Below, in pieces: positions 19,009 to 28,260 of a DNA stretch of 64,000 nucleotides. The DNA comes from Pseudomonadota bacterium (GTDB lineage: Bacteria; Myxococcota; JACRCW01; JAFGSX01): contig JBDRCO010000023.1 of NCBI GenBank assembly GCA_043821645.1, positions 160,001 through 224,000 of the forward strand, written 5' to 3'. A program made the position numbers and the translations under genes. Below the pieces are notes generated by a model, which was not told where the DNA came from, did no database searches, and was given only the letters and a program-made list of their open reading frames with translations. How positions within the stretch are numbered: position 1 is the first letter of the stretch; every line of letters begins with the position of its first letter.

Positions 19009-19839
19009 TCACCTCCTCATCGTGCCGCTGGGCAGCGGCGGTGGCGTGCCACCCATGGCCTTGGGCGTGAAGCCCGGGTGGGTCTTGAGCACCACGTCGG
19101 CGAAGGTGCTGGCGGTGCGCTGACGCTTGCAGCTCGGGCACTCCTCGTAATAGCTGGCGTCGAGCCCGCTGCGCCGGACCAGCAGGTCTCTTTCGTCGGC
19201 CGTCATGAAGGGCGCGTGGCAGGTCTTGCAGGTGAGAAGCGCGAACTCGCGCTCCCAGATCCGACGAACCCCCTGTTTCTCCTCGAAGGGAATGCACGCT
19301 GTGGGGCAGATGCGCGCGCAGGCAAAGCAGCCCACGCAGGCCTCGGCCGCACCGCCAAAAGGTGTGGCGATGACCTTGTCGCTGCCGCGCTGGGCCGTGG
19401 TGATGGCGTGGGCACCCACGCGATCACAGGCACGCACACACAGGCCGCACAGGATGCAGTCGTCCGCATCCGTCCGCGGCGTGTAGCTGGTCCTGGCCAC
19501 GCCCGCGTCGCGGGCCATCTGCTGGATCAGGGGTGCGTCCGGGCACCGCGCGAGAAGCAGATCCAGAAGCTGGGCGCGCGTACGGCGCACGCGCTCGCTC
19601 TGGGTGGACACCTGCAAGCCCTCCTCGACGGGATAGAGGCACGAGGTGACCAGCTTGCTCCAGCCGTCCCAGCTCGGACGTGTGATCTCGACCACGCACA
19701 CGCGGCAGGCCCCGACGTCCTCGACCGCGGGGTGGTGGCACAAGGTCGGAATGGGAATGCCTGCGCGCGTGGCGGCATCAAGCAGGGTCTCGCCCTCGCG
19801 CGCCGTCAGCTTGCGGTCGTCAATGTGGAGCGTCACCAT
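19009..19839 (-). CDS. Short HydA/NuoG-N-terminal-like Fe-S subunit (2Fe-2S plus 2x4Fe-4S), no catalytic domain
   Basis: IPTLCHH..GACRVCVVE..TSC, CILCGLCVRAC, CVGCFACARICP, C-terminal CxxC...CxxC; only 276 aa. Confidence 0.88.
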   Translation of the reverse strand: MVTLHIDDRKLTAREGETLLDAATRAGIPIPTLCHHPAVEDVGACRVCVVEITRPSWDGWSKLVTSCLYPVEEGLQVSTQSERVRRTRAQLLDLLLARCPDAPLIQQMARDAGVARTSYTPRTDADDCILCGLCVRACDRVGAHAITTAQRGSDKVIATPFGGAAEACVGCFACARICPTACIPFEEKQGVRRIWEREFALLTCKTCHAPFMTADERDLLVRRSGLDASYYEECPSCKRQRTASTFADVVLKTHPGFTPKAMGGTPPPLPSGTMRR

Positions 19840-21752
19840 CAGATCACCTTGATCGCGTCAAAGGTGCAGGCGCGAATGCACACGCCGCAGTGGGTACAGG
19901 TGTCCTGGTCAATCAGGTGTAGCTGCTGCTTCTCGCCGGCAATGGCGTCGACGGGGCACAGGCGCTTGCACACCAGGCAGCCTGTGCAGCTGTCGAGCAC
20001 CTCGAAGCGGCTGAGCGCGGTGCACACGCCGGCGCGGCAGCGCTTGTGCTCGATGTGTTCGATGTACTCGTCGCGAAAGTACTTCAGCGTCGACATCACC
20101 GGGTTCATGGCCGAGGTGCCCAGTGCACACAGGCTGGCCTCGAGCACGAAGGCGATGTTCTCGATGCTGTCGAGGTCCTCGAGACGACCCTCGCCCCGGC
20201 AGATGCGGTCGAGGATGCCGAGGAGCTGGGTCAATCCCTCTCGGCACGGCACGCATTTGCCGCAGCTCTCCTCGGTGAGGAAGCGCGTGAAGTAGCGGGC
20301 GACGTCCACCATGCAGGTGAAGTCGTCCATGACGATCATGCCGCCCGAGCCCATCATGGCCCCGGCCTTGGTCAAGGAATCAAAGTCGACGTGCAGGTCG
20401 AGGCAGCTCTCGGGCAAGCACCCGCCCGATGGGCCCCCGGTCTGTACGGCCTTGAAGGGGCGCTCGTTCAGGATACCGCCGCCCACATCGTAGATGATGT
20501 GGCGCAGGGTGACGCCCATGGGCACCTCGATGAGGCCCGTGTGCCGCACCGTCCCGGACAGCGAGAAGGCCTTGGTGCCTGGAGATTTCTTGGGGCCGAT
20601 GGACGCGAAGGCCTCGGCTCCGTGCTCGAGGATCCAGGGCACGCAGGTCCAGGTCTCGACGTTGTTGAGCACCGTGGGTTCGTCAAACAGCCCGCGCTCG
20701 ACGCTGCGCACGTACTTGGCGCGCGGTTCACCGACATTGCCGGCGACGCTCTGCATCAGGGCACTGGACTCGCCGCAGACGAAGGCGCCGCCGCCTCGGC
20801 TGATCGTGAGATCGAAACAAAAGCCCGTGCCCAGGATGTCCTCGCCGAGAAGACCGTGGGTGCGCGCGTCGACGATGGCCCTGCCCAGGCGCTCCACGGC
20901 CAGGGGGTACTCCTCCCGCACGTAGATCCAGCCGTGCTGCGAACCCAGGGCGTAGGCGCCGAGGATCATCCCCTCGACCACCGCGTGCGGATCGCCCTCC
21001 ATGATCACGCGGTCCATGAAGGCCCCTGGATCACCCTCGTCACCGTTGCACAGCACGTGGCGCGGCACCTTGCCCTCACCCTCGGCCTCGCGCTTCTCGG
21101 CGGCGGCGATGCAGCTCTTCCACTTGCGGCCCGTGGCAAATCCAGCTCCGCCGCGGCCGCGCAGGCCAGAGCGGTCGACCACCGCGAGCACGTCCGCCGG
21201 CGTCATCGAGGTGAGCGCCTGCACCAGCGCTCGGTACGCGCCGTGGGCGATGGCGTCCTCGATGCTCTCGGGGTCGATGACCCCGCAGTGACGCAGGGTC
21301 AGGCGGTGCTGGTGCTTGTAAAAGGGGATCTCGTCGAAGCGCGCCACGGGCGCACCGGGCTTGGTCTTCTTGCCCGGCTTGGGTTTTGCGAGGGCCACGG
21401 TGGGGCGGTAGGCCAGCTTCTCGTCATAGCCATCGCCCACCACGCTGGCGTCGAGAATGGCGTCCAGCATGGTCGGCTTGACCTTGGGGTACAGCAGGTG
21501 GCCTGGCTCGATGATGACCAGAGGGCCGCGCTCACACAGGCCGTGACAGCCCGTGAGGGTGGTGCGCAGCGTGGTCTGGACGTCGAGCTTGCGCGCGCGG
21601 ATCTTGTCCTGCAGCGCCTGGTAGAGCCGCGCCGAACCGGCCGCCAGGCAGCCGGGGCCGCCGCACACGAGGACGTGCTTCCGGGTCTTGCCCTGCCGCG
21701 CCACGACGCTGTCGCGCCAGGTATCCAGGTCCTTTTGCGTCTGCACCCGCAT
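19839..21752 (-). CDS. HydB/NuoF-like FMN/NAD-binding subunit
   Basis: N-terminal 2Fe-2S (CGGPGC..GCHGLC), GLRGRGGAGF, NGDEGDPGAFMDR, GGPSGGC, ESCGKCVPCREG, two C-terminal 4Fe-4S motifs. Confidence 0.93.
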   Translation of the reverse strand: MRVQTQKDLDTWRDSVVARQGKTRKHVLVCGGPGCLAAGSARLYQALQDKIRARKLDVQTTLRTTLTGCHGLCERGPLVIIEPGHLLYPKVKPTMLDAILDASVVGDGYDEKLAYRPTVALAKPKPGKKTKPGAPVARFDEIPFYKHQHRLTLRHCGVIDPESIEDAIAHGAYRALVQALTSMTPADVLAVVDRSGLRGRGGAGFATGRKWKSCIAAAEKREAEGEGKVPRHVLCNGDEGDPGAFMDRVIMEGDPHAVVEGMILGAYALGSQHGWIYVREEYPLAVERLGRAIVDARTHGLLGEDILGTGFCFDLTISRGGGAFVCGESSALMQSVAGNVGEPRAKYVRSVERGLFDEPTVLNNVETWTCVPWILEHGAEAFASIGPKKSPGTKAFSLSGTVRHTGLIEVPMGVTLRHIIYDVGGGILNERPFKAVQTGGPSGGCLPESCLDLHVDFDSLTKAGAMMGSGGMIVMDDFTCMVDVARYFTRFLTEESCGKCVPCREGLTQLLGILDRICRGEGRLEDLDSIENIAFVLEASLCALGTSAMNPVMSTLKYFRDEYIEHIEHKRCRAGVCTALSRFEVLDSCTGCLVCKRLCPVDAIAGEKQQLHLIDQDTCTHCGVCIRACTFDAIKVI

Positions 21753-21754
21753 GA

Positions 21755-22213
21755 TCAGTTCCTCGCGCCTGGCAGGAGAGCAGGAGCGCTCGCCGGGGTG
21801 ACCGCACCATGCACCTCGTCATCGATCATGACGACGGGCGCCAGGGCACACGCACCCACGCAGTTGACCCCCTCGAGGGTGTGCTTCATGTCCGCGGTGG
21901 TCTCGCCCCGGGCCACGCCCAGAGCCTTCTCGAGCTCCTCGATGACCAGACCGCTGCCCCGCACGTGGCAGGCCGTCCCCGTGCACACCCGCACGCGATG
22001 CTCGCCCCGCGGGGTGAGGCTGAAGGCCTTGTAGAAGGTCGCGATGGCGTAGACCTTGGAGGCTGGCACCTCGAGGTAGTCGGCAGTCGCGCGCAGAGCA
22101 GCCTCGGGCAAATAGCGAAAGTGCTTCTGGAAGTCGTGCAGCAGGCCAACCATGGAGGCGGACTGGCGCGGGTGCTGCTGCAGGATGTTCTCGATGTCCG
22201 CATGGTCGCACAT
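21755..22213 (-). CDS. HydC/NuoE-like 2Fe-2S subunit
   Basis: ATFY, VCTGTACHVRG, NCVGACALAPV. Confidence 0.93.
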   Translation of the reverse strand: MCDHADIENILQQHPRQSASMVGLLHDFQKHFRYLPEAALRATADYLEVPASKVYAIATFYKAFSLTPRGEHRVRVCTGTACHVRGSGLVIEELEKALGVARGETTADMKHTLEGVNCVGACALAPVVMIDDEVHGAVTPASAPALLPGARN

Positions 22214-22228
22214 GGGTTCTACCCTCGG

Positions 22229-22771
22229 TCAGGCTTTTGGCTGCACGGCGTCGTGTCCGCGTTGCAGGGCGCGCAGGTTGATGTCGACGATCTTGGGTTT
22301 GTGGCCAAAGGTCTCCTTGATGAGGTGGTGCACGGTCTCCAGCTTGACCGCATGGGTGAGGCCCAGATAGGCGCCCAGAGCCACCATGTTGGCGGCCTTG
22401 CCCGTGCCCTCCTCCATGGCAATGTCATTGCAGGCGACGTGGTGCACCTGGATATCGGTGCGGTCGGTGTCGACGTCGATGAGCGAGGTGTTGATGATGA
22501 GCACGCCGCCAGGCTTGACCCGCGGTCCGAACTTGTCGAGCGAGGGCCGGTTCATCACCACCGCGGCCGTGGGATTCTGGAACACCGGCGAACCGATGGG
22601 CTGGTCCGAGATGACGACGTTGCAGTAGGCGGTGCCCCCGCGCATCTCGGGACCGTAGGAGGGCAACCACACCACCTCGCGACCCTCGTCGAGACCAGCG
22701 TGGGCCAGCAGCTTGCCCGTGAGCAGGATGCCCTGGCCGCCGAAGCCAGCGATGGTGACCTCACGATGCAT
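22229..22771 (-). CDS. 2-oxoacid:ferredoxin oxidoreductase gamma subunit
   Basis: AGFGGQG, PSYGPEMRGGTA, NMVALGA. Confidence 0.92.
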   Translation of the reverse strand: MHREVTIAGFGGQGILLTGKLLAHAGLDEGREVVWLPSYGPEMRGGTAYCNVVISDQPIGSPVFQNPTAAVVMNRPSLDKFGPRVKPGGVLIINTSLIDVDTDRTDIQVHHVACNDIAMEEGTGKAANMVALGAYLGLTHAVKLETVHHLIKETFGHKPKIVDINLRALQRGHDAVQPKA

Positions 22772-23528
22772 GCGACACCTCGCGGGCTCCATCCTCGGGT
22801 GTCTTGAACAGGCCGAGCGGATAGGCCGGCACCATGTTCTTGGCAAGCCAGGTGGCCGACTCGGGCGGCGTCAGGCCCCAGTTGGTGGGACAGGTCGACA
22901 GGCACTCGACGAGGGAGAAGCAACGGCCCTCGATCTGGTACTCGAAGGCACGGCGGATGGCGGCCTTGGCGGCCACGCTGTGCATCTCGTCGTGAACCGA
23001 CACCCGCTCCAGGTAGGCCGGCGTCTGCAGGGTCGACAGCAGCTCGACGATGCGGATGGGCCAGCCCGCCTGGTTCACGTCGCGGCCCGCCGGACAGGTG
23101 GTGGTGACCTGACCGGGCAAGGTCGTCGGCGCCATCTGGCCCCCGGTCATGCCGTAGATCGCGTTGTTCACGAAGATGGTGGTGAACTTCTCGCCACGAT
23201 TGGCCGAGTGGACGGTCTCGGCCATGCCGATCGACGCCAGATCGCCATCCCCCTGGTAGCTGAACACGACAAGATCCGGACGAGCGCGCTTGATGCCCGT
23301 GGCCACCGCCGGAGCGCGGCCATGTGCAGCCTCGTGCATGTCACAGTTGAAGTAGTTGTAGGCCAGCACCGAGCAGCCCACGGGCGCCACGCCAACGGTT
23401 CGCTCGCGCACCCCCAGCTCGTCGAGGACCTCGCCCACCATGCGGTGCAGGATGCCGTGGGTACATCCCGGACAGTAGTGGGTCTTGACGTCGACCAGTC
23501 CAGGCGTGTTCTTGAAGACCAGTTCCAT
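22761..23528 (-). CDS. 2-oxoacid:ferredoxin oxidoreductase beta (TPP-binding) subunit
   Basis: HYCPGCTHG, PVGCS, YQGDGDL..NNAIYGMTGGQ, CPTNW. Confidence 0.92.
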   Translation of the reverse strand: MELVFKNTPGLVDVKTHYCPGCTHGILHRMVGEVLDELGVRERTVGVAPVGCSVLAYNYFNCDMHEAAHGRAPAVATGIKRARPDLVVFSYQGDGDLASIGMAETVHSANRGEKFTTIFVNNAIYGMTGGQMAPTTLPGQVTTTCPAGRDVNQAGWPIRIVELLSTLQTPAYLERVSVHDEMHSVAAKAAIRRAFEYQIEGRCFSLVECLSTCPTNWGLTPPESATWLAKNMVPAYPLGLFKTPEDGAREVSHAS

Positions 23529-23536
23529 GATCGACC

Positions 23537-24637
23537 TCACACGGTTGAGGAGAAGGGATCTCCCAGAACCGTGACCTTCTTGCCGTCAAGCACCTGTCTG
23601 GCCACGTGCAGGACCTCCTCGGGCGAGCACACCATGCCGCCGGCGCGACCGAAGAACGAGATGGGCTGGCGGTCCGACGTCGACAGGCGCACGTCCTCGA
23701 TCATCTGTCCCATGCTCAGCTCGACCACCAGGATGGCCCTGGCCTTCTCAGCACGCGCACGCAGTTCTGCCTCGGCGAAGGGCCACAGGGTGATGGGACG
23801 AAACACGGCCACCTTGCGGCCTTCACGGTTGAGTTCGTCGGCGGTGGTCTTGGAGATGCGCGCCACCGTGCCGTAGGCCACGATGAGCAGGTCCAGGTCG
23901 CCCTCGGCACCGTAGTGTTCGAAGCGCGACTCCTGGCTGGTGATGCGCTCGTACTTGCGACGCAGCATGATGTTGTGCTGCTCGAGTTCCAGCGGATCCA
24001 GGAACAGGGAATTGACGATGTTGGGTGCGCGACCCTTGGCTCCCGTCGTGGCCCAGCTCTTGACCGGCAGGTCGGAGGCACCACGAGGGTTGAACTGCAC
24101 CGGCTCCATCATCTGGCCGATGAGGCCATCGCCCATGACCATCACGGGATTGCGGTAGCGGTCTGCGATGTCAAAGGCATCCATCATCAGATCCGCGGCT
24201 TCCTGCACCGTCGACGGCGCCAGAACGACCATCCGGTAGTCGCCGTGGCCGCCTCCTTTGGTGGCCTGCAGGTAGTCACCCTGCCCGGGCAGGATGCCGC
24301 CCAGGCCAGGCCCTGCCCGCACGATGTTGATGATCACCGCGGGCAGTTCCGAGCCAGCCATGTAGGAGATGCCCTCGGTCATCAGGCTCAGGCCCGGACT
24401 CGAGGTGGAGGTGAACACGCGCGCACCAGCGCCGGCGGCGCCATAAAGCATGTTGACCGAGGCCACCTCGCTCTCGGCCTGAACGAACACACCCCCCACC
24501 TCGGGCAGGCGTTTTGACAGGTACTCGGGCACCTCGGTCTGCGGGGTGATGGGATAGCCGAAGAAGCACAGCGCTCCCGCCTGGATGGCAGCCTCGCCCA
24601 GTGCCTCGCAACCCTTCATCAGCTTCTTGTCGCTCAT
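23537..24637 (-). CDS. vorB: 2-oxoacid:ferredoxin oxidoreductase alpha subunit (VOR/2-ketoisovalerate-type)
   Basis: GYPITPQTE, QAESE, TSSPGLSL, GPGLGGI, KGGGHGDY. Confidence 0.88.
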   Translation of the reverse strand: MSDKKLMKGCEALGEAAIQAGALCFFGYPITPQTEVPEYLSKRLPEVGGVFVQAESEVASVNMLYGAAGAGARVFTSTSSPGLSLMTEGISYMAGSELPAVIINIVRAGPGLGGILPGQGDYLQATKGGGHGDYRMVVLAPSTVQEAADLMMDAFDIADRYRNPVMVMGDGLIGQMMEPVQFNPRGASDLPVKSWATTGAKGRAPNIVNSLFLDPLELEQHNIMLRRKYERITSQESRFEHYGAEGDLDLLIVAYGTVARISKTTADELNREGRKVAVFRPITLWPFAEAELRARAEKARAILVVELSMGQMIEDVRLSTSDRQPISFFGRAGGMVCSPEEVLHVARQVLDGKKVTVLGDPFSSTV

Positions 24638-24638
24638 G

Positions 24639-24872
24639 TCAGTACTCGAACAGCTTGTACTGGTTACCGTTCAGGCCGACCTGGATCGCACAGTCCGGGC
24701 AGGTGATGGCGCACAACCCGCAGCCTATGCAGCGCGACGGGTCGTTCATCAAGGCCGGGAAGTAGCCCATGACGTTGATCTCCCGCGCCATGCCCAGGAT
24801 GCGCTGCGGACAGGCCACGACACAGCGCTCGCAGCCCTTGCACAACTTGGTATCGATCAGCACCCGCGGCAT
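24639..24872 (-). CDS. 2x[4Fe-4S] ferredoxin / oxidoreductase delta subunit
   Basis: CKGCERCVVACP and CIGCGLCAITCPD; AAAGGAG RBS. Confidence 0.92.
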   Translation of the reverse strand: MPRVLIDTKLCKGCERCVVACPQRILGMAREINVMGYFPALMNDPSRCIGCGLCAITCPDCAIQVGLNGNQYKLFEY

Positions 24873-24890
24873 GGCGTGCTCCTTTGCATG

Positions 24891-25661
24891 TCACTTCACC
24901 CCGGCCGGCAAGGCCGGCGTCGGTGGTCGGCCAATAGGGCCACGCCTCTGGTTCGGCTCCCAGGGCGACGTCATGAAGCGTTCGAGCGCGAGCACCGGAC
25001 AGTCGAAGGCGTTCTCGCCCACGGTCTCGAGCACTCCGCGCTCGACGCTGGCGAAGCGAAGCGGCACGCCCACCTGCTCGCCGAAGGCGCGGGCAAACGC
25101 GATGCCACCCTGAACAACCTCGACGCTGGTCTCGTGAATCAGGTGCGCGTTGGCGACCAGACCCGTGACCTTGAGACGACTCGCGGCCTCGAGGTCGTTG
25201 TACATGCGCTGGCAGCCCTCCGCGGAGTCGGTGAAGGGACGGCGCTGATTGACGACCTGGAGCACATCGGCCTTTTGCAGCCTCAACGTCGCCGAATAGG
25301 TCCCCAGCACGCGCGCACCCAGGTCATCACCGCCCACATCGAGGACCACGTGACCATCGGCGCTGGCGATGGCGCCCGCCACTTCGCGCAGCAGGATGGG
25401 CAGATCCGCAAAGGCATACTCGTTGGCCGGCGCCACCACCTCGATCCCCTGGGCCTCGACGTGGCTGCGCGCCTCCCGGCTGCGGAAGAACAGGTTGATG
25501 ATGTCCAGGTCAACCAGTTGAACGCGTGCACCCGTGGTTCTGAGGGCCAGCGCGTAGTTGATCGCGATCTCGGTCTTGCCGGATCCGAAGTTTCCAATGA
25601 AGACGGTGACCGGCTGGGGCGGCGGGAGGTTCCAGTGGTTGTGGCCTGGTGCCATGGTCAT
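24891..25661 (-). CDS. P-loop (MinD/CobQ-like) nucleotide-binding protein at the head of the oxidoreductase operon
   Basis: GNFGSGKTEIAIN, VDLDIINLFFRSRE, ADLP, DVGGDDLGA. Confidence 0.82.
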   Translation of the reverse strand: MTMAPGHNHWNLPPPQPVTVFIGNFGSGKTEIAINYALALRTTGARVQLVDLDIINLFFRSREARSHVEAQGIEVVAPANEYAFADLPILLREVAGAIASADGHVVLDVGGDDLGARVLGTYSATLRLQKADVLQVVNQRRPFTDSAEGCQRMYNDLEAASRLKVTGLVANAHLIHETSVEVVQGGIAFARAFGEQVGVPLRFASVERGVLETVGENAFDCPVLALERFMTSPWEPNQRRGPIGRPPTPALPAGVK

Positions 25662-25835
25662 GGTTCCCGATCCGCTATGTGCTGCCGCTCCGTACACGCA
25701 CAGCTCGGCGCTGCGCCGGCCTCCCCCCTTGCGCGCTGCTTGCGGATCTGCAGGCGCCAGGTCTCTGCTGGTGCGCCCGCTTCAGCCGCTTCATCCCGCC
25801 CGGATTCTCATCCAATTCATGCCAAGAGCGTCGTC

Positions 25836-25864
25836 ACCATGCGATCTGGACCGTCAAAAGTCAA
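25836..25864 (-). promoter_or_regulatory. Possible sigma70-type promoter for the redox operon
   Basis: TTGACT-N17-CATGGT on the minus strand. Confidence 0.35.
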
Positions 25865-25957
25865 TCGCTGCGCCGGTGGGAACGCACCGGCACTGGAGGC
25901 CATGTGACGACGAACCACACCGAGTGTGAAGGCTCTTGTGGCGGGAGAAGCTCCAGA

Positions 25958-28051
25958 TCAGGCCATGTTCACGATGCCGGTCTCGGCGAGCACATAGAGC
26001 ACGGCCAGGGCGCGCTGCTGTGCATCATGGGCCACGGCGCCACAGCTCAGGATCACCTGAGGCAGACTTCGCTCCCCGTCAATGGCCCGCACCACAGCGA
26101 GTTCGTCCGGACGGAGCCGAAGCGCATCGATGTGGGACGCCTTGGCATCGCGCAAATTGACAAGTCGCTGGCCACGCGGGACCAGGTTGGCCTTGAGCTC
26201 CTCGAGGGTGAAGGTACGGCGAATCGCGCGGGTCAGGAGGCCTGGCAAGGACGCGATGCGGAAGTGCACGGTGACCGGAGGCGGCGCTTCTGGAAAAACC
26301 CGCACCCGGGCATGCGGCCAGGCGAAGCACGGATAGAGACGGCTACGCAGCAAGGCGCCGAGGTCACGGCGCTGCGCCTCGACGTCGACATCCGGCAGCC
26401 TGAGCAGGGCCACGTCGATGGGTACCAGGCGCGTCAGGGTCTCGTTCAGAGCCAGGCGCGCTCGCCTCGCCCGCTGGTCCTCGATGCGGAGCATCAGGGC
26501 GGGCAACCCATCCTTATGGCGTGAACTCGCCACGTAGAGAAGACGCCCCTCCTTCAGGTACAGCTCGCGCCATTGATCCGGCGTCGCGTTCTCGATGCGC
26601 AGCAGCCCACTGAGGCGACGCAACGAAGCCTCGTAGAGCACCCGGGTCAGGGAGACCTCGGCAAGCGAGATCTCGAGGCGTGGTGGTCCCTGCGGCGGCG
26701 GCCAGGCAGCCACGGTATCCCACAGGCAGGCCTCGCCAAAGCGTCGGACCGGGATGTGCGGTGCCCCGACCAACCCGAGCTGCCGCACGCTCCCGTCATC
26801 CTTGGCGAGCCTGTCGACGAGCGCCTCCAGTTTCACCTCCCCGAGAAGCTGATCGCCAGCACCCAGAAGCTGGACCAGCGGCTCAGGCGGCGCACGCTCG
26901 TCGATGTCAAAATCGAAATCTTCACCAGTCCCCAGCCCAGGATCGGTCTCGATCTGCGAGCCCATGGGCTCTATCCAGCTCGCCGGTGGCTCCGGATCAA
27001 ACGCGGTGTTGCCCCCCATCTGCAGGGCCAGGATGCGCGAGGTGTTGTCGGTGAAATCGCCCCAGTCGTCATCGCCGACCTGGCCGCGGGGCAGTGGTGG
27101 CGGGAGCACGAGGGGCAGGGCCTCGAACGGAAAGAGTGAACTCATCACGTCGCCAATGCGCCTGCGGTTCCAGCGCAAGCGGCGCGCGAAGAGAAAATCG
27201 CTCAGGGCTTCTTCCAGCTCCTGGGCGCTTTGAAAGCGCTTGTCGCGGTCCTTGACCAGCGCCTTTTGCACGATGCGATCGATATCCGGGGCGATCCGCG
27301 GGTTGAAGTTCGAGGGCGGGGGCGCCTCCTCGCCTCGAACCTTGACCAGCACCTCGACGTCGGTGCGGCCAGTGAAGAGACGTTGGCCGGCCAGGGTCTC
27401 CCACAGACTGACCCCGGCGGCGAAGACATCCGCCCGCTGATCCACTTCGAGGTGCTGCAAGATCTCTGGCGCCAGGTAGCCGTACTTGCCGCGCAGCTCG
27501 TGACCGGCCTCGTCGCCCGCGCCGTGCGACACCCCGAAATCCCCGAGCTTCACTTCACCACTGAAGGCCACATAGATATTGGCCGGCGTGACATCGCGAT
27601 GCACCAGCCCCAGGGGTTTGCCGTCGGGACCCGGTGCCGCGTGGGCGAAGCCCAGACCCTTGAGCATCTCGACGAAGCAATGCAGCGTGAAATCTACGGG
27701 CAGGTCGAAGCTGCGGGCCTGGGCGCGCTTGAGCACCTGCAACAGGTCCGCGCCGTGCACGTACTCCAGCACGATGAAGGGCTGGCGCCCCTCCTGGCCA
27801 AGCGACAGGGTCTGCACGACATTGGCATGCTGCAAACCACTCGCGGTCTTGGCCTCGGTGATGAACATCTCGACGAAGCGGGGCTGCGCAGCCAGCGGGC
27901 CGAGCAATCGCTTGATCACCGCTATCTTCTCAAAGCCCTGCGCTCCGTGGGTCCTGGCCAGGTACACCTCTGCCATGCCACCGGTTCCGAGATGCCTGAG
28001 CAACTCGTAGTCGCCGAACCAGTGAGGAACAAAGATGCTCGTCGGCTGCAA
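25958..28051 (-). CDS. Hanks-type Ser/Thr kinase with C-terminal DUF4388/PATAN-like region
   Basis: GTGGMAEVY, VIK, HRDVTPAN, DFG, APE; C-terminal SGLLRI..RELYLKEGRL. Start placed at TTG 28051 after GGAGGAG. Confidence 0.88.
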   Translation of the reverse strand: MQPTSIFVPHWFGDYELLRHLGTGGMAEVYLARTHGAQGFEKIAVIKRLLGPLAAQPRFVEMFITEAKTASGLQHANVVQTLSLGQEGRQPFIVLEYVHGADLLQVLKRAQARSFDLPVDFTLHCFVEMLKGLGFAHAAPGPDGKPLGLVHRDVTPANIYVAFSGEVKLGDFGVSHGAGDEAGHELRGKYGYLAPEILQHLEVDQRADVFAAGVSLWETLAGQRLFTGRTDVEVLVKVRGEEAPPPSNFNPRIAPDIDRIVQKALVKDRDKRFQSAQELEEALSDFLFARRLRWNRRRIGDVMSSLFPFEALPLVLPPPLPRGQVGDDDWGDFTDNTSRILALQMGGNTAFDPEPPASWIEPMGSQIETDPGLGTGEDFDFDIDERAPPEPLVQLLGAGDQLLGEVKLEALVDRLAKDDGSVRQLGLVGAPHIPVRRFGEACLWDTVAAWPPPQGPPRLEISLAEVSLTRVLYEASLRRLSGLLRIENATPDQWRELYLKEGRLLYVASSRHKDGLPALMLRIEDQRARRARLALNETLTRLVPIDVALLRLPDVDVEAQRRDLGALLRSRLYPCFAWPHARVRVFPEAPPPVTVHFRIASLPGLLTRAIRRTFTLEELKANLVPRGQRLVNLRDAKASHIDALRLRPDELAVVRAIDGERSLPQVILSCGAVAHDAQQRALAVLYVLAETGIVNMA

Positions 28052-28078
28052 AGGACTCCTCCGGCGCGTGACCGGCGC

Positions 28079-28107
28079 ATGGTAGGCAGAGACAGCCCCC
28101 GTTTCAA
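28079..28107 (-). promoter_or_regulatory. Sigma70-type promoter for the kinase
   Basis: TTGAAA-N17-TACCAT just upstream of the RBS and TTG. Confidence 0.5.
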
Positions 28108-28260
28108 GCAGACACGGCCCCATGCCTCGCGGTCACATTCGACGTCTGCGGTCAGGTCGAAGCTGGAGCCGGTGAACGTGCCGCCCGACCACGCAACCGC
28201 ACGCAGCACGGCCCACACCCTACGACTCGAGCTCCGTGATTGGCAGGGACATCGACGCAC

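Noticed and set aside
20046-22034. 662-aa plus ORF, and similar overlapping ORFs such as 32543-34783 and 37221-39395
   Set aside because: Antisense to well-supported genes.
19009-22213. nuoEFG of complex I, or a [FeFe]-hydrogenase
   Set aside because: No other nuo genes, no H-cluster motifs, and the G-like subunit is only 276 aa.
25810-25920. Sigma54 promoter (TTGGCATG) and CRP-like site (TGTGA..CCACA)
   Set aside because: The -12 GC is absent and the CRP half-site spacing is wrong.
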